The translations under genes were made by a program, and so were the position numbers. Below, piece by piece: positions 38,561 to 49,421 of a stretch of DNA of 64,000 nucleotides (position 1 is its first letter; every line of letters starts with the position of its first letter). The notes beneath the pieces were generated by a model. It had not been told where the DNA came from and did not search any database. It saw only the letters and a program-made list of their open reading frames with translations. The DNA is from an uncultured virus (IMG/VR IMGVR_UViG_3300028588_000802) (lineage: Duplodnaviria > Heunggongvirae > Uroviricota > Caudoviricetes): the IMG/VR virus record IMGVR_UViG_3300028588_000802; one strand, 5' to 3'.

Positions 38561-38811
38561 GCGCCACCCTCGTCGCTGGTGACGGTGCTTGGCAGCGCCA
38601 GCGGGCCGAAGAATTGGCCGCCAATCGGAGCGCCGTCTGCGAACTTGAGGCTGATGGCGCAGGAATGGCAGTCTGCATCCACGAACGAGCCGCTGATACG
38701 GCCGCGTGCGTCAATCTTGAGGAAGCCGACATGCTTGATGCCGATGTCGTCCACCCACTCGTATGCGCCAGGTTGCGTCACCTCTGCGGCGGTCATTGCC
38801 TTGTACTTCAT
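38557..38811 (-). CDS. small hypothetical protein
   Basis: AAGGA RBS. Confidence 0.55.
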   Translation of the reverse strand: MKYKAMTAAEVTQPGAYEWVDDIGIKHVGFLKIDARGRISGSFVDADCHSCAISLKFADGAPIGGQFFGPLALPSTVTSDEGGA

Positions 38812-38832
38812 GTGTGTCCTTTCAGATAGACG

Positions 38833-39423
38833 TTAAAGAGGCTTCAGCTGGTACGAGGCGCCGGGGAGCAGCTCGAAGAACAGCTCGCCATCGTGCTCTT
38901 GTGGGGCCGAGCTAACATCACCCCAGAACGTGCTCATGCTGCGCAGCTCTTCGCTCAGCGCCTTGGTTTCCGGAGTGCGCTCGAAGTACTTGGCCAACTC
39001 GAACTTCGTGACGCCGGGCAGGTAGAGCGGCGCGAACACCAGCTTTTCGTCGAGGGACAGGCTGCCGAAATCGCGACCGTGGGCGGATGCCACGTGGCGC
39101 ATCAGCCGGCCGACGTCCTGGTGGTCGCGGGCGTCCTTCACGTCCAGGTGGGCCAGCTTCGGCAGCGGGCCACGCAGGTCGACTTCGCAGACGACATAGC
39201 GTGAAGCGTCACTACCGACCGCACTTGCGTTCACCAGCGCCAGCTCGGGCGTCGGGCTCGCGTACACGGCATGACGACGGCTGGGAGCGGAGCCAGGGCG
39301 CAGCCATTCCCACAGGTTGTCCACCAGGTAGGGGATGTTGCTTGGGATGCGACGGGAGGCTTGTGGGCCAAAGATGAGGTTCGGGTTGAAGCCTTCTTTT
39401 GCGACTGCACGATACATTTTCAT
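38833..39423 (-). CDS. hypothetical protein (possible ART-like fold)
   Basis: MYRA...SRRHAVYASP...GELFFE; motif at 39440-39460. Confidence 0.6.
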   Translation of the reverse strand: MKMYRAVAKEGFNPNLIFGPQASRRIPSNIPYLVDNLWEWLRPGSAPSRRHAVYASPTPELALVNASAVGSDASRYVVCEVDLRGPLPKLAHLDVKDARDHQDVGRLMRHVASAHGRDFGSLSLDEKLVFAPLYLPGVTKFELAKYFERTPETKALSEELRSMSTFWGDVSSAPQEHDGELFFELLPGASYQLKPL

Positions 39424-39542
39424 GAGTGGTCCTTTCGGTGATTGTCCTGCGCAGTGTAGCGACGAAGGTCTTTTCGGGGAGTCCTTCGCGCAGGGAGCGT
39501 TCGGCGAAGAAAAAGCCGACGCTAGCGCCGGCTTGTGAAGTA

Positions 39543-40175
39543 TTAATGTGCTTTTCCGAGCCAGGTCATGACCTGGTCCCAGCGGCCCTGAATGTCTGGC
39601 AGTGAGAAACGCTCGTAGGCGCTCATGACCAGGTCCTCTCGCAGCTGAATCCAGCGTTTTTGGTCCTCGCTGTACTCGCGGCCGTAGGTGTTGCAAGGTG
39701 AGGTTCCTCCGAAACACCAATCTTCCATATGGCGCAGGACGATGACGAATTCCCGAAGAAATCCTTCCGTTTCGTATCCGCCGGCTTCAAGCAGTCGAAG
39801 CTGGATTCCACCTACGCGGCATTCCCGCTCAGTGGCCTGCATCGTCCTCGGCTCGTAGTAACGCTCTCCGCCAATCACGACGGACGACCGGATTCGCATG
39901 TCGAACATATCTTGCTTGACGCGGCGTTTCCAGATGCGTGAGGGGAGCAAGCTCATTTCGATTGCGTGGGAGACTTCGTGCAGGACGTTCTTGACGCTCT
40001 TGCACTCCGAGGGACCGGCACGGCTGCCGAACCGGCGGCCATCGTAACCTTCGTTTGGCCCGATGATGAAAGCAGGGTGGAACAGCCAGGGGAGGGTAGT
40101 CTGCAGTTCTGCTTCGATTTCGGGCACTGGTTGAAACAGGCCGGCTTTAGGCTTAGGGGTGATAACTGATTCCAT
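39543..40175 (-). CDS. HExxH-motif protein
   Basis: VLHEVSHAIE; motif at 40194-40214. Confidence 0.6.
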   Translation of the reverse strand: MESVITPKPKAGLFQPVPEIEAELQTTLPWLFHPAFIIGPNEGYDGRRFGSRAGPSECKSVKNVLHEVSHAIEMSLLPSRIWKRRVKQDMFDMRIRSSVVIGGERYYEPRTMQATERECRVGGIQLRLLEAGGYETEGFLREFVIVLRHMEDWCFGGTSPCNTYGREYSEDQKRWIQLREDLVMSAYERFSLPDIQGRWDQVMTWLGKAH

Positions 40176-40312
40176 GGTGCGATTCTCTCAGAAAGATGTC
40201 CTTCCTTGTGTAGCCACTGCCGGCGACACTGAATCGAGGGCGCGGCGCCGGCTCAAGGCCTGAGTTGCCACTTCCATGAAGAACCGCCGGCGGGTGCCGG
40301 CGGTAGTCAGGA

Positions 40313-41314
<1,002 letters not shown>

Positions 41315-41458
41315 TTAAACCCGAAGCGGCCGACGGCACCCGCAGGGCATAGACCCCACCCACTCGAGAACGTACACTAGCTGCGTTTCCGGGCTCCTTC
41401 GCGCGGCGCCGTGCGGGCGCTATACAAGGAAGGCCCACTCCCTCTACAAAGGACATTT

Positions 41459-42061
41459 ATGAACCAACCACAAGCCACCCAGAACCGCGAAGCCTACCAA
41501 AACTACCTGGCCAATGCGCTCGCCGCACTCACCAACGCCGGCCTCAACCACCTGACCCCTGAAGTCGAAGCCTGGGTCGAAGCACATTTCGCGCGCGGCA
41601 CCGCCGTCGACCAGCTGCAAAATGCCTGGAACGATTTCGAGAACGTCGGCCTGGTACAGAAGGTAAAGGCCGCGTCGCGCATGGAATACGTGAAGGACGA
41701 GCTGACCCGCAAACTCGAACGGGCGACCGAGCGCAAGGCCGAACTCGCCGCCAAGCTCAAGGCATCCGACCTGGACAACATCGCCGACCTGGCGGCCGAG
41801 AACATCGAAGCCCTCCTGAAGGTCACGACCCAGGTGCGCATGTTCGGCCGGTTCATGAAGGCAATCCAGACGCGTGAGCAAGCGAACGAGGCGCCAACCG
41901 ATACCTTCGCACAGCTCTCGGGGCATGCTTACCGCGAAGCTGCTCTCGGCGCGTCGCACCAGTCCATCGGTTCGTCCTGGGGCTCGAACGAGGCGAAGCG
42001 AGCCGAGCTCGCAGCTGCCGGCGAAATCGCTCTCCTGTTTGTCGACGTCAGTCGCATCTAA
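41459..42061 (+). CDS. hypothetical helical protein
   Basis: motif at 41419-41439 and AAGGA RBS. Confidence 0.7.
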   Translation: MNQPQATQNREAYQNYLANALAALTNAGLNHLTPEVEAWVEAHFARGTAVDQLQNAWNDFENVGLVQKVKAASRMEYVKDELTRKLERATERKAELAAKLKASDLDNIADLAAENIEALLKVTTQVRMFGRFMKAIQTREQANEAPTDTFAQLSGHAYREAALGASHQSIGSSWGSNEAKRAELAAAGEIALLFVDVSRI

Positions 42062-42184
42062 TCTGTAATTTGGCTCCTCGAGATTCGTTCTCGGGGAGTT
42101 TTTCTTTGGAGTCGCCGGATGCTTGGCCGTAGATAAAAAAGACCCCTCCTGTGAAGGAAGGGCCGAGGGATGAGGCTGTGTGGT

Positions 42185-42490
42185 CTAGCGGAAGACCGTG
42201 ATGGACTTGATGTCGGCAAGCCGGACTTGACCGATGGTGCGGGTGTAATTGCTGTCCGAGTTGCTGAGGTTGAAAACGGTGTCGCCAGTGTCACAGTGAC
42301 GTACGACGCTAATCGGACGGGGGCCTTCGATGATGAGACCACCTGAGCCGACTTTCTTGCCGTTCCAGCTTGCGCCCGCAACGACGCGTATCTCGACCAT
42401 CAGCGAGGCCTTCTGCTTCTTGGGGGCGAGCGCATAGCCGCGCATCGTCTCTAGGATGACCTCTTTATCGGTAATGGTAATGGTTTGCAT
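42185..42490 (-). CDS. hypothetical protein
   Basis: motif at 42506-42526 and GAGGA RBS. Confidence 0.6.
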   Translation of the reverse strand: MQTITITDKEVILETMRGYALAPKKQKASLMVEIRVVAGASWNGKKVGSGGLIIEGPRPISVVRHCDTGDTVFNLSNSDSNYTRTIGQVRLADIKSITVFR

Positions 42491-42644
42491 TCATGTCCTC
42501 ATGTGGATTGACCTTCTTCGTGTAGGTACGACCGGGCCACGCTACGCGACGTTGTGGGCCCGGCGCCAGGGGCTCTAACATCAGCGAACCTCTCGTTTAA
42601 TCCGCCATATCTTTACAGAGTCTCACCCAACCTCGAGGACATTC

Positions 42645-43295
42645 ATGACTGGCACGACTATCTCCCTGCTTCTGGCCACGGGACTGTTTTCGCTGACGAC
42701 GCTTGCTGCACTCGCCAAGCTTTGCATGCTAAGAAAACGAGCTCAACGTGACCAGCGCGAACTTGAGAGCTACAAAGCTGCATATGCGGAACTAAGCAGT
42801 GTTATCTATTCCATTCGAAACATATTTGACCATTTTGACACTTACGTTGACACCGACGAAAAGTTAGGGCGGTTCCTTTGGCAGCTGGGCATGTCGTTTC
42901 CGCAATACGTCGAGGAACTGCCAGGAATGCTCCAACCTCTGCCTCCCGGTGCGCCGAGCGAGGTCCGGGAGGGCGCGCTTCCGAGCTTGCCGTTTGCCTT
43001 CAGAGATGGCAGGGAGCTGGACAAAATGGTGAACGACATCAACGACCCGGTGTTCAATCGTCTCTGGGAAATTCGTTCACCTGCCGCCATTGGTGAAATG
43101 CTGCGTCACGGGCTATTTCTCTCTTTTGGATACACGGATGCGGTCGCGATGTGGAAGCCAGACGGGGTGAACCTGAACATCAAGCCAGCCGACGTCGGCT
43201 ATACCAACTGGGGACTGCGGCCGCTAGAGGCGCTTCGCCAATTCGACCAGGTTTGGCGGAAATGGCGGACCTTGCAAGTGCCCCAGACTGACTGA
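42645..43295 (+). CDS. membrane-anchored hypothetical protein
   Basis: N-terminal hydrophobic helix. Confidence 0.6.
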   Translation: MTGTTISLLLATGLFSLTTLAALAKLCMLRKRAQRDQRELESYKAAYAELSSVIYSIRNIFDHFDTYVDTDEKLGRFLWQLGMSFPQYVEELPGMLQPLPPGAPSEVREGALPSLPFAFRDGRELDKMVNDINDPVFNRLWEIRSPAAIGEMLRHGLFLSFGYTDAVAMWKPDGVNLNIKPADVGYTNWGLRPLEALRQFDQVWRKWRTLQVPQTD

Positions 43296-43352
43296 AAGCT
43301 TTGCTGCGAAAGAAAAACCCACGGCCGAGACCGTGGGTTAATTGTTGAATTG

Positions 43353-44615
43353 TTATGCAATTTGCAGTAGGCCTGCTTTTGGCAGAAGCTGCGAGAGGGC
43401 GGGCTCGAACCAAGTTTGAACCCAGGCCTCGACTCGGCCCTTAAATGGCTCCCAGTGCGCTTCCTGGCGTTCTGTGGCCTCATCAAACAAGGCTAGGGAG
43501 AACGTCTCTCCGTTGATGACCAGGTTTCGTGGCTCCCGGGCATCCTGCACCCGCGGTTGAGGCAGCTTACTGACCAACGACGGGTAAGATTCCTGCAGCA
43601 CCTTCTGTGCGTCGCCCAAGTGGTCCGGGAACGAGAAGAAATTCGCCTTTTCAAGAACCTGCAATTCCTCGCCGGATTGCACGAAGAGCGACAGCGCCAG
43701 CAGCTGGTCCAGGACTGGTGTGTCCTTGAAGTAGACGCAAAGCTTCGCGATGAAAAGGTCGTCCTTTGTGAGCAACGACAGGTCGTACGGCGTATGCGCG
43801 CGGCCCTTAGCGCTCCTGTCCTCCAACCAGCCAGGTTCCCCTAACGGCCGGAGTATGAACTTGAACTTCGAGTCCGGATGTGAAAGCTCGACTTCGTGCC
43901 CGCTGACAAACAGGCGCAGGTTGTCCTCCTGGCGAAACTGCGCGAACAGCTTGCAGACCTTCTTGATGGCGGCGCGCACCGGACGCTTGTTCTCCAGACG
44001 AAGCCGGGCTTTGCGGGCCGCTTCATTACGGTCGTAAGCCTCACCGCTCAAGGAAACCCTGTCGTCCAGGGTCTGCCGATGCGCAGCCTGCAGCCGGCGA
44101 AAGGCAGCGCCACCATCTTTCCGGTACCAGTTGATGGCCCGCTCGAGCTTTTCGTTGTCGCCGTAGAGACGCTCGAGGAACCCTCCCATTCGCTGGTTCA
44201 GAATCGCGCGCACCTTGGTTTCGGTGACGTCTTCTTCCCCATGAATGGTCTTTTCAGACCAGAACGTGTCCATGCGCTCCGAGAGCCCCTCGATGAGGGT
44301 ACACTGCTCGATTTTTCCGAGGTCGCCCTGCACCTTCATCTGAACCAGGAATGATGCACGCTCCTGCACGTATCGAGCTAAGTCCGGAAGCGAGCGTAAG
44401 GAGTTGAGGGCAACCCAATGCTGGCGTTCTTCCTCGGCGCCGCGCAGCGCCATTCTCGCGACGTTCTGCAAGAAATGGTCTGGCAGGATGCGGTCAGCTG
44501 CGATGAGCCTGTCTACGTGCCGGTATGCGTTCTCCAACAGGTAGATAGTGGCATGCTCAACCGGTGTTAGCTGGCCAAGCTCTGCCGCAGAGTCCACGAT
44601 GTATTGGACATCCAT
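43353..44615 (-). CDS. hypothetical protein with LCxxxxxxPxxDxxLA motif
   Basis: 420-aa ORF starting 3 nt after the stop of the GG-ending gene. Confidence 0.7.
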   Translation of the reverse strand: MDVQYIVDSAAELGQLTPVEHATIYLLENAYRHVDRLIAADRILPDHFLQNVARMALRGAEEERQHWVALNSLRSLPDLARYVQERASFLVQMKVQGDLGKIEQCTLIEGLSERMDTFWSEKTIHGEEDVTETKVRAILNQRMGGFLERLYGDNEKLERAINWYRKDGGAAFRRLQAAHRQTLDDRVSLSGEAYDRNEAARKARLRLENKRPVRAAIKKVCKLFAQFRQEDNLRLFVSGHEVELSHPDSKFKFILRPLGEPGWLEDRSAKGRAHTPYDLSLLTKDDLFIAKLCVYFKDTPVLDQLLALSLFVQSGEELQVLEKANFFSFPDHLGDAQKVLQESYPSLVSKLPQPRVQDAREPRNLVINGETFSLALFDEATERQEAHWEPFKGRVEAWVQTWFEPALSQLLPKAGLLQIA

Positions 44616-44618
44616 CGC

Positions 44619-45044
44619 TTAGCCCCCGACGATGGGGCGCGTGGCGAGGGTCTGGTGACGGAGGACTTCCTTCGCGCTGGTTGCGATGCCAACCGTGTCG
44701 TACGAACGTTCCTTAGCCAGCGGCACCACATGTGCTTGTCCGGCCGCGACCGCGGTATTGATGGCGTCATCGCCCAGGTTCATGATGATGGACTTTGCCA
44801 GCGCATCGTCGGCGACTACCTTGCCGGCCTTGCGGATTTGCTCGATGCTTTCGGCTTCCACTTTCTTGTGGCCGAGCAAACCGCCGAGACGAGGTTTCAG
44901 GATGAAGAAGGTGTAACGCTCTTTCCGCTTTTGCTCGATGAGCGCCAGCATGGCTTCTTCGTTGTCCTTGTCCCAGGAAATGGTGATGTCGCCAGTCTCG
45001 TTGAGGAAGGTGATGCTCGGGATGATTTGTTCTACGGTTTCCAT
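44619..45044 (-). CDS. small protein ending in C-terminal GG (possibly ubiquitin-like)
   Basis: ends RPIVGG-stop; motif at 45059-45079. Confidence 0.65.
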   Translation of the reverse strand: METVEQIIPSITFLNETGDITISWDKDNEEAMLALIEQKRKERYTFFILKPRLGGLLGHKKVEAESIEQIRKAGKVVADDALAKSIIMNLGDDAINTAVAAGQAHVVPLAKERSYDTVGIATSAKEVLRHQTLATRPIVGG

Positions 45045-45129
45045 ATGTACTCCAAAAAAGTTGTCCTGGCCAGTGTAGCGAAGGCGCCCACCAAAGGAAA
45101 ATCCGCTAGCAAGCTAGCGGATTGTGGAA

Positions 45130-45549
45130 TTACGTTGTGGCGGGTTGAACGCTGAGGTTGTGCCAGCTCTCGGACATCATGTCATGCGCATAGCACCAGG
45201 TCGCCTGCAAGCCGTTCGACTCTGCCCAGTCCGTGAAGTCTTTCCAGTACGAGTAGTACGGGTGTTTGGCGTCCGTGAAATCAGGACCGGAGTAGCGCCC
45301 GAGGAGGCTGCCGACTTCCATGTGACTGTGATTCTTACCGACTTCAATTGGCTTCACCGGGCGGCCAGTCACGATGTTGCGGGTGAACTGTGCCTTCGCG
45401 TCGTCGAAGAAGCGGGTCAGCAACAGCTGGATGCGATGTTTCTCTGCGTTTTCGTCGTCGACTTTGGCTTGCGCCAGACGAGCTTCCTCGTCTTGGTCGT
45501 GCTGAATTTTGGTGCGCAGCAGCTCGCCGAGGGATGGGGTATTCGACAT
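45130..45549 (-). CDS. hypothetical protein, tandem paralogue 1
   Basis: shares FF..AK..F...I..GRP and YW.DF..WA..NGL with the next gene. Confidence 0.7.
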   Translation of the reverse strand: MSNTPSLGELLRTKIQHDQDEEARLAQAKVDDENAEKHRIQLLLTRFFDDAKAQFTRNIVTGRPVKPIEVGKNHSHMEVGSLLGRYSGPDFTDAKHPYYSYWKDFTDWAESNGLQATWCYAHDMMSESWHNLSVQPATT

Positions 45550-45631
45550 GGGTACTCCTATTGTCCTGAGTTGATAAAGTGGCCTACCCAATATAGGCAC
45601 CGACGGCTGAAGCTGCCGAGGGCTAAGCGCG

Positions 45632-46045
45632 CTACGCGGGCTTCACACTCAATTCGTACCAAGCGCACTCCGACGAAAAGTCGTTGTGGAACTCCCAGAC
45701 CGGGGCCAGGCCGTTATCCTTGGCCCACATCGCAAAATCTCCCCAATAGAAGCTCATCCGGTGCTTGAAGTTGGTGATAGGGACTTCGGAGCGAAGTGCT
45801 CCAATTAGCGAGGCAACCTCTAAGTTGGCGCCATTTCCGACTCGGATTCGACTCAGCGGCCGGCCCGCCAATATCTCATGCTTGAACAGCGATTTGGCGT
45901 TCGCGAAAAACGTTTCCACCAGTAACTCCTCGCGCTCCTGTCGAGCTTTCAGTTCTTCCTCGCTAGGCGGACCGGGCGGAGGAGCGCGGGTGCCCAGCGC
46001 CAGCCGGTGCGCCAGGATGTTACCGAGAGACTTGGAAGGGGTCAT
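45632..46045 (-). CDS. hypothetical protein, tandem paralogue 2
   Basis: paralogue of 45130..45549. Confidence 0.7.
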   Translation of the reverse strand: MTPSKSLGNILAHRLALGTRAPPPGPPSEEELKARQEREELLVETFFANAKSLFKHEILAGRPLSRIRVGNGANLEVASLIGALRSEVPITNFKHRMSFYWGDFAMWAKDNGLAPVWEFHNDFSSECAWYELSVKPA

Positions 46046-46140
46046 GGAGTCACGGGCGAGGTCGTCGTAAAGTGTTGCTCTATGCGAATATTATAGCACG
46101 AGCTCGTTTATAAAATTTTGCTATACAGAATAAGGCTCGG

Positions 46141-46275
46141 TCTGCGGCCATCCCCTTGCGCTGAGAAATCAGTACGGTAAACCAGCAGATGTTAGGACAA
46201 CACACACCCGGTCTTTTGCTAATAGCAGAAGCGAAGGTTCGACAAGGCAAGGACTCGACAAATGTTCGCTTCTGC
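46141..46275 (+). ncRNA. conserved structured leader RNA, copy C
   Basis: TCTGC/GCAGA stem, hairpin CTGA-GAAA-TCAG, long-range CCTTGC(46154-59)/GCAAGG(46247-52). Confidence 0.6.
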
Positions 46276-46294
46276 GAATTACAAAGGACACACC

Positions 46295-47203
46295 ATGAAT
46301 CAAGCAACTCTGAAATCGCGCGCAACCGTTATCGGTAAGGTCTTTGCCGCGAAAGGCATCACGCTCTCCCGGGCCGAGCAGCTCGACATCGTCGCGCAGC
46401 TCGAAGGGGCCCAGAACTGGCATCATGCTAGTGCTGAGGCGTCCTCGGCGCCGGCATCGGGGCTCCCTATCAACTTCAACTCCTTCCAAAAGGAGGCGGC
46501 ACGTGCCTACTGCGGAGGTGACTACGCAGACCGAACGGTGCTCGATGAAGGGCTGGAGCACTCCGATAGGCTGTTTGGCTTCGTTATCCGAGAAATCGGT
46601 GAAGCGGGGGAGGACGTGGGCGAAGCTGCCCGCGTAATCCAGCAAGCATCCGAGGAGCTGGCGGAAGTCGCAGCACATCTGGCCAACCTGGGCGCCAAGG
46701 CACATGCGCCTTTGCCATCAACCGGGGTAACTGGAACAGATGGCAAACGTTCGGCATGGACGTTCCAATTTTTGTCCAGCCGCGACGGCGAACCACTGTC
46801 GATGCGGGGTAAGGCACCGCACCTGCAGGCCTGGCTTGACACTGAGCAGGCCGCTTTCGATGCCATCCGGGAGACCTGTCTCGATGAAGAAGCTTTCGTA
46901 GCAGAGGTCAATGGCCAAATCGGCACTCTGTACGAGATGGAGATTGAGACGGCTAACTCGGATATTCCGGACGAACGGTTTCCTCGTTGCCCCGTTTCGG
47001 AGGAAGACCGCCATGCGCAGTTGCTGCGGGACATTCAGGACCTCGAGAAGCTGCACCCTTACGCTACCTGGGGCGTCGTCCATGCGAGTGCGGTCATTCC
47101 AATGAATCGACTAGGAGTGTGGGGGTTCATCCCGCATAGCCCGGACTTCGACAAGGAAAAGGCACGAGCGCTGCTCGAAAGCATGTACGAAAAGTTCTAT
47201 TAA
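46295..47203 (+). CDS. Glyoxalase_8-like N-terminal domain protein, paralogue C
   Basis: LKSRA...KGITLSRAEQLDIVAQLEGAQNWH. Confidence 0.65.
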   Translation: MNQATLKSRATVIGKVFAAKGITLSRAEQLDIVAQLEGAQNWHHASAEASSAPASGLPINFNSFQKEAARAYCGGDYADRTVLDEGLEHSDRLFGFVIREIGEAGEDVGEAARVIQQASEELAEVAAHLANLGAKAHAPLPSTGVTGTDGKRSAWTFQFLSSRDGEPLSMRGKAPHLQAWLDTEQAAFDAIRETCLDEEAFVAEVNGQIGTLYEMEIETANSDIPDERFPRCPVSEEDRHAQLLRDIQDLEKLHPYATWGVVHASAVIPMNRLGVWGFIPHSPDFDKEKARALLESMYEKFY

Positions 47204-47244
47204 TTCTCACCAAACCGCTGGTTCCCGCCGGCGGTTTTTCTTTA

Positions 47245-47949
47245 TCAGCTCAGCTTTTTAAATACGTACCAGGCGTCGTTAATCCCGTGGAACTGGACGT
47301 GGTCTTTGTTAAGCGCAGCCGACTCAATTTCCAAGTGTTCCCAGGCTTCGTTACGCAAGTATTCGAAGAAGTTGTCGTCCGCAGTGCAGCCGCCAATCTC
47401 GCCTTGATATACGAGCATCTGGCCAGACTTCATTGCCGAGGCTACCTCGAAAGCCAACGGGGAGCCGTGCTCGGGCCAAGAGAGGATGAGGGCATCGTAG
47501 GCCGTCACGTCGACCTTCCTGACGTCCTCGACCAGGTCGACCTTCCAGAAGGTGCGCCAATCCTGCTCTGTAGGCTCCAGCCCCGGAGGGAACACCTCGA
47601 GGGCCACGGTGCTCACGCCTTGCGCTGCAAGTGCGTGCGAGAGGAATCCGCCGCCGGAGCCTACGTCCAGTACCGACTTCCCCCGTAACAGGTCCGCGAG
47701 CGCCTCTACACACTCTTTCGAGAGCAGCACATAGCCATACTTGGCCCAGTACTTATCGCGGCCGAGGCCGAAGAGGAAATCCGTATTGAAGTCCTTCGGT
47801 GGCGGGTCAAAGTAACGGCGCCGGGCGGGATATGTCGAGGCCGGCTGCAGAGGTTCTATCTCGCGATGGATGGCCTCGACCATATCCGCCATCAGTTTCT
47901 GCTGTTCTGCCGAAGGAGCCTCGGGCATAATGTCTTCGCGCGTTGTCAT
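47245..47949 (-). CDS. class I SAM-dependent methyltransferase
   Basis: VLDVGSGGG motif I, LILSWP, YQGE.GGCTA. Confidence 0.75.
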   Translation of the reverse strand: MTTREDIMPEAPSAEQQKLMADMVEAIHREIEPLQPASTYPARRRYFDPPPKDFNTDFLFGLGRDKYWAKYGYVLLSKECVEALADLLRGKSVLDVGSGGGFLSHALAAQGVSTVALEVFPPGLEPTEQDWRTFWKVDLVEDVRKVDVTAYDALILSWPEHGSPLAFEVASAMKSGQMLVYQGEIGGCTADDNFFEYLRNEAWEHLEIESAALNKDHVQFHGINDAWYVFKKLS

Positions 47950-48200
47950 TTACCCAGTATATCGGGCGGGGGCAGCTGCGCACAACCCTGCTCCGCTAAA
48001 CCGCATCGCTATCCGTACTCACGCGCCTACCTCGTTGCGCCGCGGGGCCGCGCATTTACAACAGAAAACTGGAGAGGAGTCGAATCATGTCGGACATGCG
48101 CTGCGCACCTGAGGTCGAAGCGTTGGGCAGTGCTTGTCGAGCACTGAGCTGGTTGCCACAGGCACTCCCGGTGCAGACCGCCGGGCGGATTCGCTACCTG

Positions 48201-48731
48201 ATGGATGCCTCATTTTGCAGCTTGCCTCTCTACTTTGCGCTCAAGGGGAAGCACGACTATTCCATGGTGAACTCGGGGTCGTTCCTCCCCGCCGTGCAAG
48301 CGGAGGTGGAGCGCATCGCCGCGGAGTATGACGTGGCGGTGTTCCCAGAGTCGCGCTTTCCGTTCCTGCGCCAGGTAACGGCGAAAGTTGGCCATGCAGT
48401 GGAGTTGTGCAAGCGTTCGAAGGACGCTGTTTGCGCTCGGGCGATGGCTGGCCACAAGTGGAGTAAGCTCGAGCGCCAGAGCCAGGAGCGGGCCTGGGCT
48501 CAGATGGGGGAGATGTTCACCATCAACCTCATCAAGTCGAATCAGCGGCGCCACTACGCCCCACACCTCTTCGAGCAGGTCGACATTCCCGCCGGCGCAA
48601 GAGTGTTGCTCCTGGACGATTTCATCATGTCGGGTATGACCCTGCAGGCGATGCAGGCGGCTGTTGGCCGAGAGAATTGCGACGCGTTTGGCGTCTTCTA
48701 CCAGCGCCAGCAGGCCGCTACCAGCGAATGA
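48201..48731 (+). CDS. phosphoribosyltransferase-like protein
   Basis: PRPP-binding RVLLLDDFIMSGMTL. Confidence 0.6.
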   Translation: MDASFCSLPLYFALKGKHDYSMVNSGSFLPAVQAEVERIAAEYDVAVFPESRFPFLRQVTAKVGHAVELCKRSKDAVCARAMAGHKWSKLERQSQERAWAQMGEMFTINLIKSNQRRHYAPHLFEQVDIPAGARVLLLDDFIMSGMTLQAMQAAVGRENCDAFGVFYQRQQAATSE

Positions 48732-48764
48732 AAAACGCCACCGGGAAGGTGGCGTTGAATCAGG

Positions 48765-49028
48765 TTAGTACTTGCCGCTTTCGTTGTTCAGCTGGCCCAG
48801 GATGCCGCCGAGGTCGACAAAGTCCAGGTCTTCGAGACGGTCAGTCGCTTGGTAGCTTTCGGCTGCGTAGCCGCCGAACGACACGTTGCCGCTTGCGCTG
48901 ACATTGATGCTCCAGTCGCCGTCGGCGTAACCGCGACTGTATTCGATGCCACCATTCGCTTGAGCGAAGTTACGGATGACGTCGACCGCACTACGGCGCA
49001 GTTGTTTCAGGTCTTCTTGAATTTGCAT
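48765..49028 (-). CDS. small hypothetical protein
   Basis: motif at 49048-49070 and GAGGA RBS. Confidence 0.6.
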   Translation of the reverse strand: MQIQEDLKQLRRSAVDVIRNFAQANGGIEYSRGYADGDWSINVSASGNVSFGGYAAESYQATDRLEDLDFVDLGGILGQLNNESGKY

Positions 49029-49421
49029 GATGTCCTCGGGTTGTTAAAAATGTCCTGCTACTCGTGTAGCGAACGCGCCAGAAAGCGAAAAGCCCGGCGC
49101 GAGGCCAGGCTTAAGTGTTGGTGCCGGGTTTATTTTCCTTCTGCCGGCTCCAGAAGAGTTACGCTTTTCACGAACAGTGGAGACAGCCAACATCGCTGCA
49201 AGTGCCTCTGCAGTTTCTTAGTCAGTTACTTTGTTGCCAAAGGGTTGCTAATCAACGAATGCGAGCATTGTACACTCACAGTTCTCGTAAAGCAACGATT
49301 TTCTCACTGGAAGTGCTTTATAGTGCACTACTAGACTAGATTGCCACAGTTTTTGCTTGAGACTATCTCATTTTTCAGTGGCCGAAAAAATCCCCTGCGG
49401 CGTGAGCGGCAGGGGAGGGAA

